Assembly (NCBI GenBank): GCA_964035545.1
Contig: OZ037768.1
Span: forward strand, 18,397,700-18,461,699
Reading direction: 5' to 3'
Origin: Bugula neritina
Lineage: Eukaryota > Animalia > Bryozoa
DNA length: 64,000 nt
Shown: positions 52,287 through 64,000 of the stretch, piece after piece
Position numbering within the stretch: position 1 is the stretch's first letter
Layout: every line of letters begins with the position of its first letter
Notes under the pieces: generated by a model
The model's input: only the letters and a program-made list of their open reading frames with translations
Told to the model about the DNA's origin: nothing
Database searches by the model: none
Position numbers and translations under genes: made by a program

Positions 52287-55099
52287 CTTGACTCGCATCT
52301 ACTTGTAACCAGCTATTTCATTATGCTATGGCAACTACAACATCAGCAGACAGTATCCCTAATAGTGTATATTTATAGATGAGTGATGAGATGCAATACG
52401 AAGTTGTGAATCGGCTTTTTGGAAAAAAATATTATATTTTCAATTTTATGGCAAAGTTACTATCATAACAATGATGATCGAACTTGAAAAGAAAATTTCA
52501 GAAAAAAATTATTTTCTTTAAAAAGAGAAATTACTCTAAAATCTCTGTTCTAGACTCAGAATAAATTTAAACTTAACTGGAGATATAACTGAAAGGTTTT
52601 AGCAACATAAAGTTCAGCTATTTTACTGGTAATATTTAACCAAAGAACAATAACAAAATCAAAATGAACTACTTTAATATTAGTTGACAGTTATCAAACT
52701 ACAGTGATGATTAAATCTACCTCTGAAGGTGGTCAAATTATAGTCAATGCTGAAAAAACTTGGACAATCTTTATCAAAACATTTCTAAATTAAAATGATC
52801 AAAATAATTTGCCTAAATACTGCTCATATACAGCGGAAACATACTTTGCAATTTGGTAGTTTGACTTGTCACAATTCAGGTCAAATAAATTACTTGAGCA
52901 AGTTCCATCGATGATTTTAGCAAACAGTTTAGACTTAATGAATTTTAACAGCTGCATTGCAAGTTCAATTTCAAGAGAGAGATATGAAAAACCTCATCCT
53001 GCTTGAATCTCGGGCACAAGCCCAGGCAATTTAGATGGCAGGTGAAACTCTAGAACCTAAGTAGTTATATAAACATGATATTCATTTTCAAGTATTTAAA
53101 TGTTATCCATACCATTACTCCACCACTTTGAATAGAAATTAATATGCATATGCAATATTAAACCAAAAGACTGATAACATTTAAAAAAACATCATTAGAA
53201 AAAGGGGAAAAAACCCAGATGAATAATTGGGCCTGCTGATAGAAACAAACTCTTAGAAGAGGGTAGGGGGATATTAAAAATACACGAAAACCAAGAAAAC
53301 TAAAGTTAATCCCACAGATTATAAAAAATTACAAAGAGATAATTATAGAGAAATAAAAATATAATTATTGAGTAGGTGATCAATCTGGATCAACAGACAA
53401 AGTAGTAATAAAATTATCTTTAAATTCAATACTTTCTGCCAGTCTGTTTGATTATTTGGTGTCACAAGCAAGCTATCACTATACTCAAATGATAATTTGA
53501 ACATTATTTATAAAAGAAAAAGCTTCCAATTTTTATAACATAGTGCTACTAAAAAAAAATTAAATATATTTACATTAAGAATAGAAAAAAATTTATTCCA
53601 TTCATTGAAAGATTTTGCTAAGCTGAATGCAATCAAAATTTAAAAGCTTAAATATAATTTCATGTGGTAGGCTTTTCACACAGTTTCAACTATTTATTAA
53701 ATTTAAAAACTGACTAAAAACTAAATATAAATACAATATAGACATTTTATTAAGAGAAACCCCTTAAAAGTTGGTTCAAAACACCAGCAATGACCATGCC
53801 GTATTGTTGAAAAGTAGTTTAGCTTAGTCATTTCTAGGAGTCAGTACAAACTGCTATTGAATACTATTACTAATAATTATAAGCTTCTTTATGCCTACAA
53901 CAGTGGCCATCAGCATTTCCAATTTCCACACAATTGCTTTAAGTTTCAAAAACTGCACCCAATTTAGCAACACTCACTTATTACTTTACAATTGATAAAT
54001 ATAAAACAGGGAACAATGTTTTTCTGTGAAAACCAGACACAAGTGCCTAGACTCTAGAATGTACTTATACCTACAACCACCTATAATGATGATTAATAAT
54101 GTCTTTCATCAAGAGGAGAGTTCAACTTTAATAAATAAAAAATTAGGTTTCTACTGTTATTTTTTCAGCTGTTATTCTTAAGTTAGTATTGACTTTAATA
54201 ATGATAAGAGATTCCTAGTACTACAGATATTTTTTCATACTTGCTTACTTCTACTATATTTTTCTATAGATATAAAAGCATTCAAGATATTACCAAAGCT
54301 CATATTTACATATTCTTGATACTCATCTCTACTTTTAATTCTATCATATTGATACTCAACTTATTATACACCATCATTCCAACATTTTTACATCAGCATC
54401 TTGATAAATGCACCTTAATATAAATGGAACATGCGAAATAAAAACCCACTAAGACTGGTGACTCACAGTAGCAATTAGTATTAGTATCACACTGAATATA
54501 ATAAACATTTAAAATAGAACCACCGGTATTTATAACAGTATGTAAAATATAATCTCTGTTCGTATTAGTCAAGTTACCAGTGGAGTTGTGCAATACTGCA
54601 GATTCTTGTTTTTAAATTCATTCTCAACATACCTATCACAACAGTGTATATATTAACCGGGACGAAAATAGGATTGGTACATAAATATTGCCATCAGTAC
54701 AGAACTATTATTACCAGTATGGCTTTAGGTCTAATCTCAACACTAAACAAAGATTGAGACAATTGCATTAATTAATAATTCTAGCGGCATGTGTAGTTAG
54801 CACTTAAAACTGAACAGTTGTGATTTGAATAGGCAAGGTATACCCACAGGCACACGTGATGTGATTAGCCTTATGTTTGTCACCCAAAATCACGCCCATA
54901 AAATTAAATAGAAGTAACATTTGTTAACTGTAATTATTAGTGATCTATAACTGTAAGTAATATATTTAATATAAATCACATTTGAATACAATAAATATAA
55001 TTAGACTGCAAATACTAATTTAGTGAACTTGAACTTGAATTTTCAATGTTAGCGATACTGATAGCTTTAATTCCTAAAGCTAATTTTTGCCTATTTATG

Positions 55100-56130
55100 C
55101 TGATATATTTATATTAGTTCTAGTGATCAAGATACTAAAGAGTGATGATAGTGATCATCATCTCAACTTGAACTAGAAGTAGATCAAGCTGAGTCGCGGA
55201 ACTGAGATTGACAATTCAAATAAAATTCAAATTGAATGTCAATAACTACAATATTAAGTATAACTATAAACATTAAGTGAACGACTATTACTGTTAATAT
55301 TAGTATTACAACATAACAATTTTATTTAGTTATTACTATTATAATTATTGGGTATTCAGTGATTTACTGAGTACTAAATTGAATAGCGATATTATTATGA
55401 TCATGATATTTATATTATGATTATCGCTATGAGTATGAGTATCACTAGGCGAATTAATACTAAAACTACAAATAAATTAAAATCTGATAAGATGAGATTC
55501 AAGTTTAACACGATAAAGCCCACTACTCAGACTAAAACTTAAAACTAGTACTCGTACTCATAATCACATTGATACTCATAGTGATAGTGATAGTTTTACT
55601 AATACCAATACTAATACTAATAGTAATAGCAATAGTCACACACACTGATAATTATATTTCATTGATACACATACTGACAAGACAAGACTAAGAGTAAGTG
55701 ATAACTCTGATAGTGATAAACGTTAGACGAGTTACTGAATACGTAAAGTTAATATACAATTAAAGAATTATTGGTCACTCTCAATGATACTCAAAGTCCA
55801 TGCCATAGTTAGTATCATACTGATAGCCAGATTCAGATTGAGATCTAAGAGATACTCATACTAATAGTGATACCTATGGCTATAGTCTGCATCATACCCA
55901 TAGTGATAGTCATAGCGATACTCATACTCATACTGACACTGACTCACTCTGAGTAGTCAGTCACTGAGTGACTATGGGTCACGGCTGACTTACAGTTACT
56001 GAGTCTCACTTCAACACTTATAGTTATACTATTAAATGATACTCATAGTCATACTCAGATACTGATAAGTCATAACTGATAACATTAACTATAAGTATAA
56101 GTATAACTATAACTGTAAGTGTATAAGTCC
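55100..56130. repeat. Degenerate hexamer-periodic tract of the same type
   Basis: gatactcatagtgatagtgatag, catactcatactgacactgact, ataagtataagtataactataact; boundaries approximate. Confidence 0.65.
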
Positions 56131-57364
56131 GAGTCCTCAGGCTCCTTCTCAGTCCAAAAGTAAAAGCAAATTTGAAACCAAATGAGTAAGTTAATATTAA
56201 AAAAATTTAAATACTTGAAAGAAAAAATAATACAGTAACAAACAAACCTCTTTATAAAAATATGGTTTTTAACTATTACTATAAAGTATGTACAGAAAGG
56301 TAAATCACATTTTAAACTTATTAGTTGGAAAAACAGCAACAACTGTGAAATCAAACGGAAAGGTAATAGTAAGTCAGGCATGCGCAAACTTAATGATTTC
56401 AGCTGGTGATCATAACCTCGTAATTATGCTGTTTATCATTAAACTGCAAATAAATATTATTCAAGCTGTTTTGAATAAACTTAATTTTCTCTTTTGTAAA
56501 ATTGATTAAAAATCAACCATTACTTCGAACTTGTTATTTTTAAAAACCTGGCTGTGGCAATGGTGCGGTTTATATCAGACATGAGAGGACAACACCTGTA
56601 AAATCTGCATTGTGTTTCTTTCTTATGTAGAAAGAACGCATGAAGCGAACAGAAGCCATCGATGTAAATTTTCACGATCCTATTGCACATCATGTAACCT
56701 TGCATGTCTATTTTAACGTGGTTGGTAAGCTAGAGATACTTAAAGACATTTATTCATTTTCATCCTCAATCCACCTGTACACTTGTTTTTAAGTTATAGT
56801 ACAGACTGAACCTAAATATTGGGAACCTCAGCACACAATATCCACCATAGCTAAATTTACCATTCACGGTGGTCAGGGTAGAATTTAAAAACCTGCAAAT
56901 AATTTATATATTTAAATTTTTATATTAAATTGGATTCTTCTCATGCTATTAAATTAAGTAAAATATGGAGTTTGTTTATATGCTACAGTTTAATATTTCA
57001 TTTTATTAAACTCAATATAAACAAAATCTGCATAATTGTTAATATTGACCACAACATCCCTTAAAATCATAATTCATTTAAAAACAAATGTGTTAGATGT
57101 GTTATAATCCTAGAGCAGTTTTCTGACAATTCTAATAACAATATACAACAATACAACAAATCAAACAACATGTATAAGATATAATTCACAATGTATATCT
57201 GCACCATTTATAAAAACCTACAAATTATCAATCTGTAGTATAGTTGGCCTGCAAAAATTTCTAGTTTCAAACTTTTCATATCTTATCGTAACTTCACACA
57301 ACTGTCACAGAAACACATGTATTTGGTCGCCTCTACTAGGTGTTTCTCCACCCTAACAAACTGT

Positions 57365-60300
57365 TTAGTCTAGGTCATCTGCCACAGCCACTTTAGATGC
57401 AGGAAATTCAATCTTGCCATCAGTTTCCTTATTTATTTGAGCAATATCAGAGCTACCAGCAACTTCATTAGTCGTAGCAACGGTCGATACGGATTTAGGC
57501 AGAGCTGCAGCACTACAAATTATTTATATGTTTATATATAAATTGGCAGATTTGGAACAATCTTTAAACAAACGCCTTTTTCTTTTAGCAATAAGAGTAG
57601 CAAATGAAGCATATCATCAGATAACTTTACTTGAAAATTCGACTAGAAGAGCAAAATAATGGAAAGATAGACAAATTTCAAAACATTATTATGGCATTAA
57701 ATGGGAATACCACAGAAAAACAAATACAAAAAAGAGAAAAAGTATAATGGAATGAAGGACTTATAAAAGAACACAACTCCTAATTTTAACATATATTCAA
57801 AGAAAGGAATGATGGAAAAATTGGTACTAAAACTACAGAATAAACAGAAAGACAAACAACTTCAGCTCTTGCAACTCACGAATATAGTCTGCCAAATATA
57901 AAAGAAAATAGAAAACTATTAAAATAAAGGAGCTTGCACGGAGATCAAACGGGTGAAGAAAATGGATGTCAACCAGGTATGAAAAAAATTATATTGCTAA
58001 ATGTAGCACATACCTAATGGGCACAGGCACAGCTATACCATTCACAACATTCAAAGTCTCCAAGATGCTTCTTACAGAAGGAACTTGGATCTACAAAAAC
58101 GATGCCATGTCAATATATAGTTGCTGAGAGTGTGATTTAAAATCTTTGAAAAATTTATATACAAAAATATGTTTCGTTCAGATGTTATTTAGAGAACTTG
58201 TAAGGTGCTTCACCAATCAAATTCCTATGAATGTTAGTTTCAAGATACTCCCAGGTAATCTAATAGCAATAAGAGCAACATACAGACTGTAGCAGAGCCT
58301 GGATAGCTGGCAGGCCCACACCCTTATCTCCCTTGCCAAGTTCCACCATCTTCTTCTGGAAAACGACAGCCTGGTGAGTGAGGTGCTTGAGACACTCGGA
58401 GCTTTCCTTTGTTTTCTCGTGAGCTTCTCCCAGCTAAAACGGCAAAGTTAATTTTTAGTTAGCGCCTTCAGAGGTTGTCTTCTCGAACGTATATAGATTA
58501 GATGCTGCAGTTAACCAGCAGAATAATATTTTTATTTTAAAATCTGTGTCCTTGTGAAAACCCTGAGTTTAAGCATGCCAAGGACGGTCGGTCCCAGCAA
58601 CAGTTTGAAGGGTTTACTGGTGTACAGGAATAATTAGAATCTGTCTGACATCACCAATTGCCGATAGTCAAACCTATGACCTGGGTTTTACCAGGCCAGC
58701 GCTCCAACCACCTTTCAAACAAGACAGACGAGCCACCAGGAAAAGTAAAACCAAGAAACCTGTTAGTAAGCTCACCCGCTGATTGTAGACAACATATGCA
58801 GACTTCTCATGGCCCAGAGCAGTCCTAAAGTCACCTCTACAGGAGTAAGATCTGGCCAACAGGTGGTAGGCCGTTGCTACCTTGAGTGAGGACGATCCGT
58901 AGAATCTAGTGAATGACATAATCATAGTTGAAAAAACAAGGTCAGTATGTACTAGGCTATATCAGTATGTGTTATGCTGCAGCATGTATAGAAATAATAA
59001 TTATCATATAGTTGAACCACAATAATATGTTTTAGAACATATTTATAGATTTGGGCCTGTGCTCAGTTTGAATAATTATCAAGCTAACAGAAAAAAGCTA
59101 TAAAACAGAACTCACATAGCAAACAAATCCTTAGCATTACTAATGAAGTTGCAGGCCAACTCATATTCACCAACACCATTGAGAATAAGTCCAATGTTAA
59201 TCTACAACAAAATCAAACCAAATTAATACAGAAATAAAAAGACAATACATTATACCATGAATAAAAAACCAGTGAAAAAAGGGGAGGCAACTTACATCGA
59301 CCAGAGCAACATCAGGGTGGTTCTCTCCAAAGCAGAGAAGCAAGAGATATCTGGCTCTGTAGAGAACTTGGAGAGAGCTGCTGATCTGGTTGTTGGCAAA
59401 ACTATAGATAGCCAAGTGAACCTGCAATGTTACAGAACAAAAATGGTATTGGATAGAAAATATAGTTGTGGAGGTAGAAGTTTCACTGAATTATTATATT
59501 TATAAATAGTAAAGCCATCTTGCATAACTGTATAATCCTAAACAAGCTCACTATAGCCTATAGTGTTTAATATAGATGTCCACAAATTATTTTCTAAACT
59601 CTCCACACTGTCATAACTCATAAGAAAATCGGACATAGCGGTTTTTGTAGAAACTTCGATTTAGGATGGTAATGGCACTAAACACAGTAACTGGGATTAG
59701 AGTGAAGGAATTGGAAGACACCACTCACATAATCGGTGATAGTACTGGGGTGATCTATTCCAAGACATTTCTCATTCATGATTGCAGCCTTCTGCTGGTA
59801 GGAAAGAGCTTCAGCAAAGTCACCCATGAGGTAGTTGAGTCGGCCAAGTAGTCGGCAGCAGGCAGCTATTTCAGAGTGCATTGGCCCATACACTGACAGC
59901 AGGTTAAGTGACTCCTGAATTAGCTCGTAGCCTTCTTTAAACATTCCCTGCTGTATCTTTGCTTGACCAGAAGTGAAGAAACGATAGGCGTCCGTAGCCT
60001 GAATAGGTTGCATAAAAACAGGAAATAAAGCGAAGCTGCCATGGCAACAAGAAAACACGACCAAATAGCAATAGTATAAAACTGAAATTTGTACAAGAAT
60101 TATTAAAATTATGAATGGAATTTGGAAGAAAAACTTTGTAAATATGAAGAAGATATTGAGACCTTTGGTGAGACATGCTTTACTACGGGATACATGTTGA
60201 TGATGTCATCTTCGTAGAAGGGCTGACGCTGTCGGTTATCAAAGTTGTACTCTCTCAGCAGAATCTGAATTCCCACTCTCTGCGTGAAAGTTCGGAGAAG

Positions 60301-61072
60301 GGAAATCTTCTGAAACTTGTACTTTTCACAAGCCACATCGATGGAGTCACTAGACAAGCAGAACTTTACTGTGTGTATTCAACATATGGCCTGTTATTCA
60401 TAAAGGCTTAGCCAACTCTCTTATTCAGTATAATCTTCAACAACATTCTAAGGGCCACAATATAAGCTAAACAACTAGCAATGCTGTTTAATATCAAATA
60501 TTTTGTATTCACAATTTATTATATATAACAACCTTTGAAGTGAAAAGTTGAAATGCTCTTGGATATCAATGTTGAGTTTCTCCCACAAACTTTTCGGTAT
60601 AAGTGTACCCCATTCGCTTCTCTCTACAACCCATAACAGATACATCAACGCGTGTAGAGGTTTTGTCTTATGAGCAAGGGAAGACAATAAATGAAACTTA
60701 TCACAAATTTCACATGGTCGAGAGATGAAAAACTGTGGTTACAACTTGTCAATACTGAGGCTGTCACAAAGATGATACATTGGCAGCTGCTATTTATAGC
60801 ACATAATTAAGACCTTGAGCAATCAAATGCGACTTACCCAACAAGTTATCCTTTGCAGGCTTGTTTTTTCCTTTTTTGTTCTTCTTTTTTGCAGGCTTGT
60901 TTAGAGGCAGGTCTCCACTGTAGGGAGAACTAGTTGGTAAAGAACATGAGCTAAGAAGGCAATTGAGAAAGTGGGCTACGCCAGCCGCTATGTTGGTAGG
61001 ATCTGTACAGTGCATATACCTCTGGAACAGGTGTTTCGCCGATCTGCACAGCATCTCCGTTACGCAAATAGT
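57365..61072 (-). CDS. CLUH: Clustered mitochondria protein homolog (clueless), 3' portion: CLU-central, TPR region and C-terminus; 5' part beyond window
   Basis: Exons 60838-61072 ([21 protein letters not shown]), 60533-60623, 60163-60349 ([25 protein letters not shown]), 59729-59998 ([19 protein letters not shown]), 59296-59421 ([17 protein letters not shown]), 59116-59201, 58776-58905, 58284-58433, 58014-58090, 57365-57512 (ends VADDLD*). Phases are consistent. Confidence 0.92.
57880..57888 (-). other. Candidate 9-nt frame-preserving microexon in CLUH last intron
   Basis: Minus strand reads ttttctattttcttttatatttggcag|ACTATATTC|gtgagt: polypyrimidine tract, AG acceptor and consensus donor; would add R-L-Y in phase 2. 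Confidence 0.5.
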
Positions 61073-62989
61073 CTGCAAAAGCGCAGAACTAGTATTCACC
61101 AGCACAACACTAGAAACGCATTTCAATCAAATTGTAAAGAATCACGATATCTTGACCAAAAGCATATTTGTGACCTGGCACCACAAAACAAGAGATGTAG
61201 ATGAAATGTTGAAAACCTAGTTATTACTATGGAGTGATAGAGCAGACTTTCTCGAACATTTGCACTTTATTTGAAGTCTCTAGCATAAATAGAACTCGAG
61301 ATATCAGTATTTAAAAACTTTAACGTTTTTAGAATTTCTAAATTACTGTTTCGAGAAAATCGCGTTTAAAGTTGGCAACTCTAGAATAAGTTGAGAATTA
61401 TTTGTTTACAATTTACAAGCCTTAGCAACGGGTCTTTGTATAGAAGAAATAGTGACAAATTTGGTATCAAAATAATTGTGAAAGTTTGGGCTCTCTGTTA
61501 AACTAAATTTCATGCTGCCTCAACATTTAATTAGGTCAAATATGGCCGCCAAACTTTTTGTCTAATTTATTTGTCAATTCGCTTTTTACTTTGTTTAATG
61601 GTTGAAAGATTTAACAATTCTAGCAAAGAAGAGGATATTTCAGCAAGTTTGTGTGTTGAGATATTAAAATTAAGCATCCAAGTCAGCAGGAAGTGATATA
61701 AAACAAAATGGCAGCTGCTTCCTCTTATACATTGAATATCTCCCTTTCCTCTAATATATCGTGTAATATATCAAACTGCAGCTATTGAGCTGTGCTGTTT
61801 CATAATTATTGCTTAATGAATAGAACACTTATAAGAAAATTATTTGACTACTATGAGATCATGCGAGGTTCATTTATAAATATCTTTATAATCTCTAACA
61901 GCTACTAAATTTAGCAATTGATTTGGCTGAGATGTTCATGTTGAAAATATAAACATAAAATCAGCTATTTGAACTTTTGAGTTTTATTAGGCAATAATAT
62001 TCACATTTAAAACATCAAATACATTATTTTAAAAAACCAATTAAATGCAGTAAAAAATCCAGCCTGGATACAACCATTATGCTTGAATTAACTCTTATCA
62101 AGAAAAGAAAATTAGGTAGCTTCTACGGTTGTTGCAAAGAAGGCACTTATCATCTTTCTACTTCCTAGGTCTTCATAACATGAGTTTACGAAGTATGGAC
62201 ACATAACATCATGTATGTGGCAAAAGCTTCATCACTATCATCAGCTGATTTTCTAGCAATTATAGATGCTGCTACTTGACATCCATTCTGCCAATCTACC
62301 CATCTATTGTCTATTCCAGAGCTGCAAGTACAATGTTGACTTTTTTTAAATAACAAAAAGAAACAGTAGCTTGATTAGAAATTATACCCAGTTATATTAT
62401 AAAAATTTAGTTTGCTAAACACTCTTGTGGTACTATTATGGCAGCAGTTAATTGTGATCCTGCATTTCATCAACGTTTAAATTTATTGAATTAAACAGAA
62501 CAATTTAAATTAAAAAAATTCTTGATAATTTTCAAGCACATCATTAAAAGACTGCAAACCTTTTTAAGAATGAAATAAGCAGAAGCCATAACCTTGCAAG
62601 CCAAAATCCGGAGTGTCTACACTAGAAGTATTAGATTGAAAGGGAGTAGAGTTGTGTAGGTATAAGTCTTCACTCTAATGCCCTCACAAGTTCACTTTCT
62701 GAAATGTACAGAATATCGGATTATTCTATATTAACATAATATTATCAGTAAAATTACACATTATGCACTTGAATATCTAGCATATCTGCAATTGGCAATT
62801 TTGAAGCAATGTCTTTAGATAACTATTAACCACTCAGGCATTTAATAGAGTAAAAAGCTAGCTAAGTGCAACTGAATTTATTAAAAACATTTACTATAAA
62901 ATCAATTTGAATTCAATAAGTTACTTTAAAATATGAATAAATATTTGCTCATCTTATAATAAAATTAAAAAGTTTAGACTATTTATGCA

Positions 62990-63990
62990 TTCAGTTAGTG
63001 TTACTACTCACTAAATAAAGACTAAAAGTAACTCACTGAAAAACCAAGTCAGTCAACTATAGAATCATCATGAACTCGCATTAATATTTCATCATTATAC
63101 TCGTTTACATTTAGTTACATTTATCATTTCAATTTGGTTAGGCTATAGGTGATGCTTTTATCAATATGAATATGATTATCAATTGAGTTTTGACAGTAAC
63201 ACTAACTGTAAGCCTGCATAATGTGATAAAGATTTTATCATTATACTTTAAATCAAACTTTGAGCTAATTTAAAAATCACAAAAGGAACCGGTAGTTTGA
63301 CTAGTATTAGTAGGCCTAATATTAATACTAATAGTAATAGTAATCAGTAACTGTATTGACAAAATCTAAGACAGAGGCTAAAAGTTACTAAGACTAAGAG
63401 TAAGTCTAATGTAAATTGAAATATTAACTATAGAATAAATCAATAAATATAATACCATCAGTATGAGTATCAAGTTTTAAGAGCAAAGGCGAAACTCAGA
63501 GTCAGACTCAAATACTAATACAGTAATACTAATAGTAATAGTGAATTTATAATTATTAATTACTTATAGTAATAGTTATACTATTAATATTGATATTAAA
63601 AATTTAATGAGCTACATTTGGTTTTACTACCAAATACCAGTATCAGTAAAACATGAATACTATTCATTATGATTATCATTATGAGTAACCGTACCTCAAA
63701 CTGTGAGTCATAGTGAGAGTCATTTAAATAGTTACTAGTAGTAGTAGTAATATAGAATAGAATAGACTAACTCTAAGTCTAAGACATACTCCTAGTGATA
63801 GTCATAGTATAAATATTATTATTATTAAATTGATAACTACAAATAATCCTGGCAACAATTCTAAGTTAGTAGCGTAAATGATTGTTTTGAGTATAATTAC
63901 CTGTATTGTTGTGGTTTTCAAGCTTGAACGCTAAAGTTTAAGATTAAGTTTAGCATTTATCACTAAAGGGCAAAACAGCTCAGTAACTTA
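62990..63990. repeat. Degenerate hexamer-periodic tract of the same type
   Basis: aagactaagagtaagtct, actcagagtcagactca, tagtgatagtcatagtat; boundaries approximate. Confidence 0.55.
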
Positions 63991-64000
63991 AAAGCTAGCT

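Noticed and set aside
15998-61072. Operon or SL trans-spliced cluster (five co-oriented genes with AG acceptors shortly before several ATGs)
   Set aside because: Stop-to-start gaps are about 2-8 kb and TE-filled, and a cis donor for a 5'UTR exon exists (17202-17208); co-orientation of four independent loci is not improbable.
62190-62700. Exon-like segments in the CLUH intron (about 62190-62322 and 62593-62698, minus strand)
   Set aside because: No CLUH-like sequence; the upstream segment has stops in all frames and the phases do not join.

Overview
AT-rich, intron-rich eukaryotic DNA from an invertebrate, probably a protostome (inferred from the C-type-lectin-bearing contactin). All five genes are on the minus strand. 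From the high-coordinate end they are: the 3' part of CLUH/clueless (57365-61072); a complete 11-exon LIS1/PAFAH1B1 (42743-52286); an intronless 5-HT1-like aminergic GPCR whose DRY motif reads DTF (39505-40581); and two tandem contactin paralogues with the architecture signal-CTL-6xIg-4xFN3-GPI (copy B 18393-31902 complete; copy A 961-15998, last exon just outside the window). The most striking feature is the patchwork divergence of the two contactins. Many exons and some adjoining intron are about 98-99% identical, while Ig2, half of Ig6 and several surface loops differ by about 25% or more. This suggests gene conversion homogenising the scaffold while putative specificity surfaces stay distinct, and a duplicated splice acceptor in copy B looks like a conversion scar. 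Introns and intergenic DNA carry MITEs, tRNA-derived SINE heads, a 540-bp palindrome, a 62-nt hairpin and degenerate hexamer-periodic tracts. Exon coordinates and difference counts were derived by hand.
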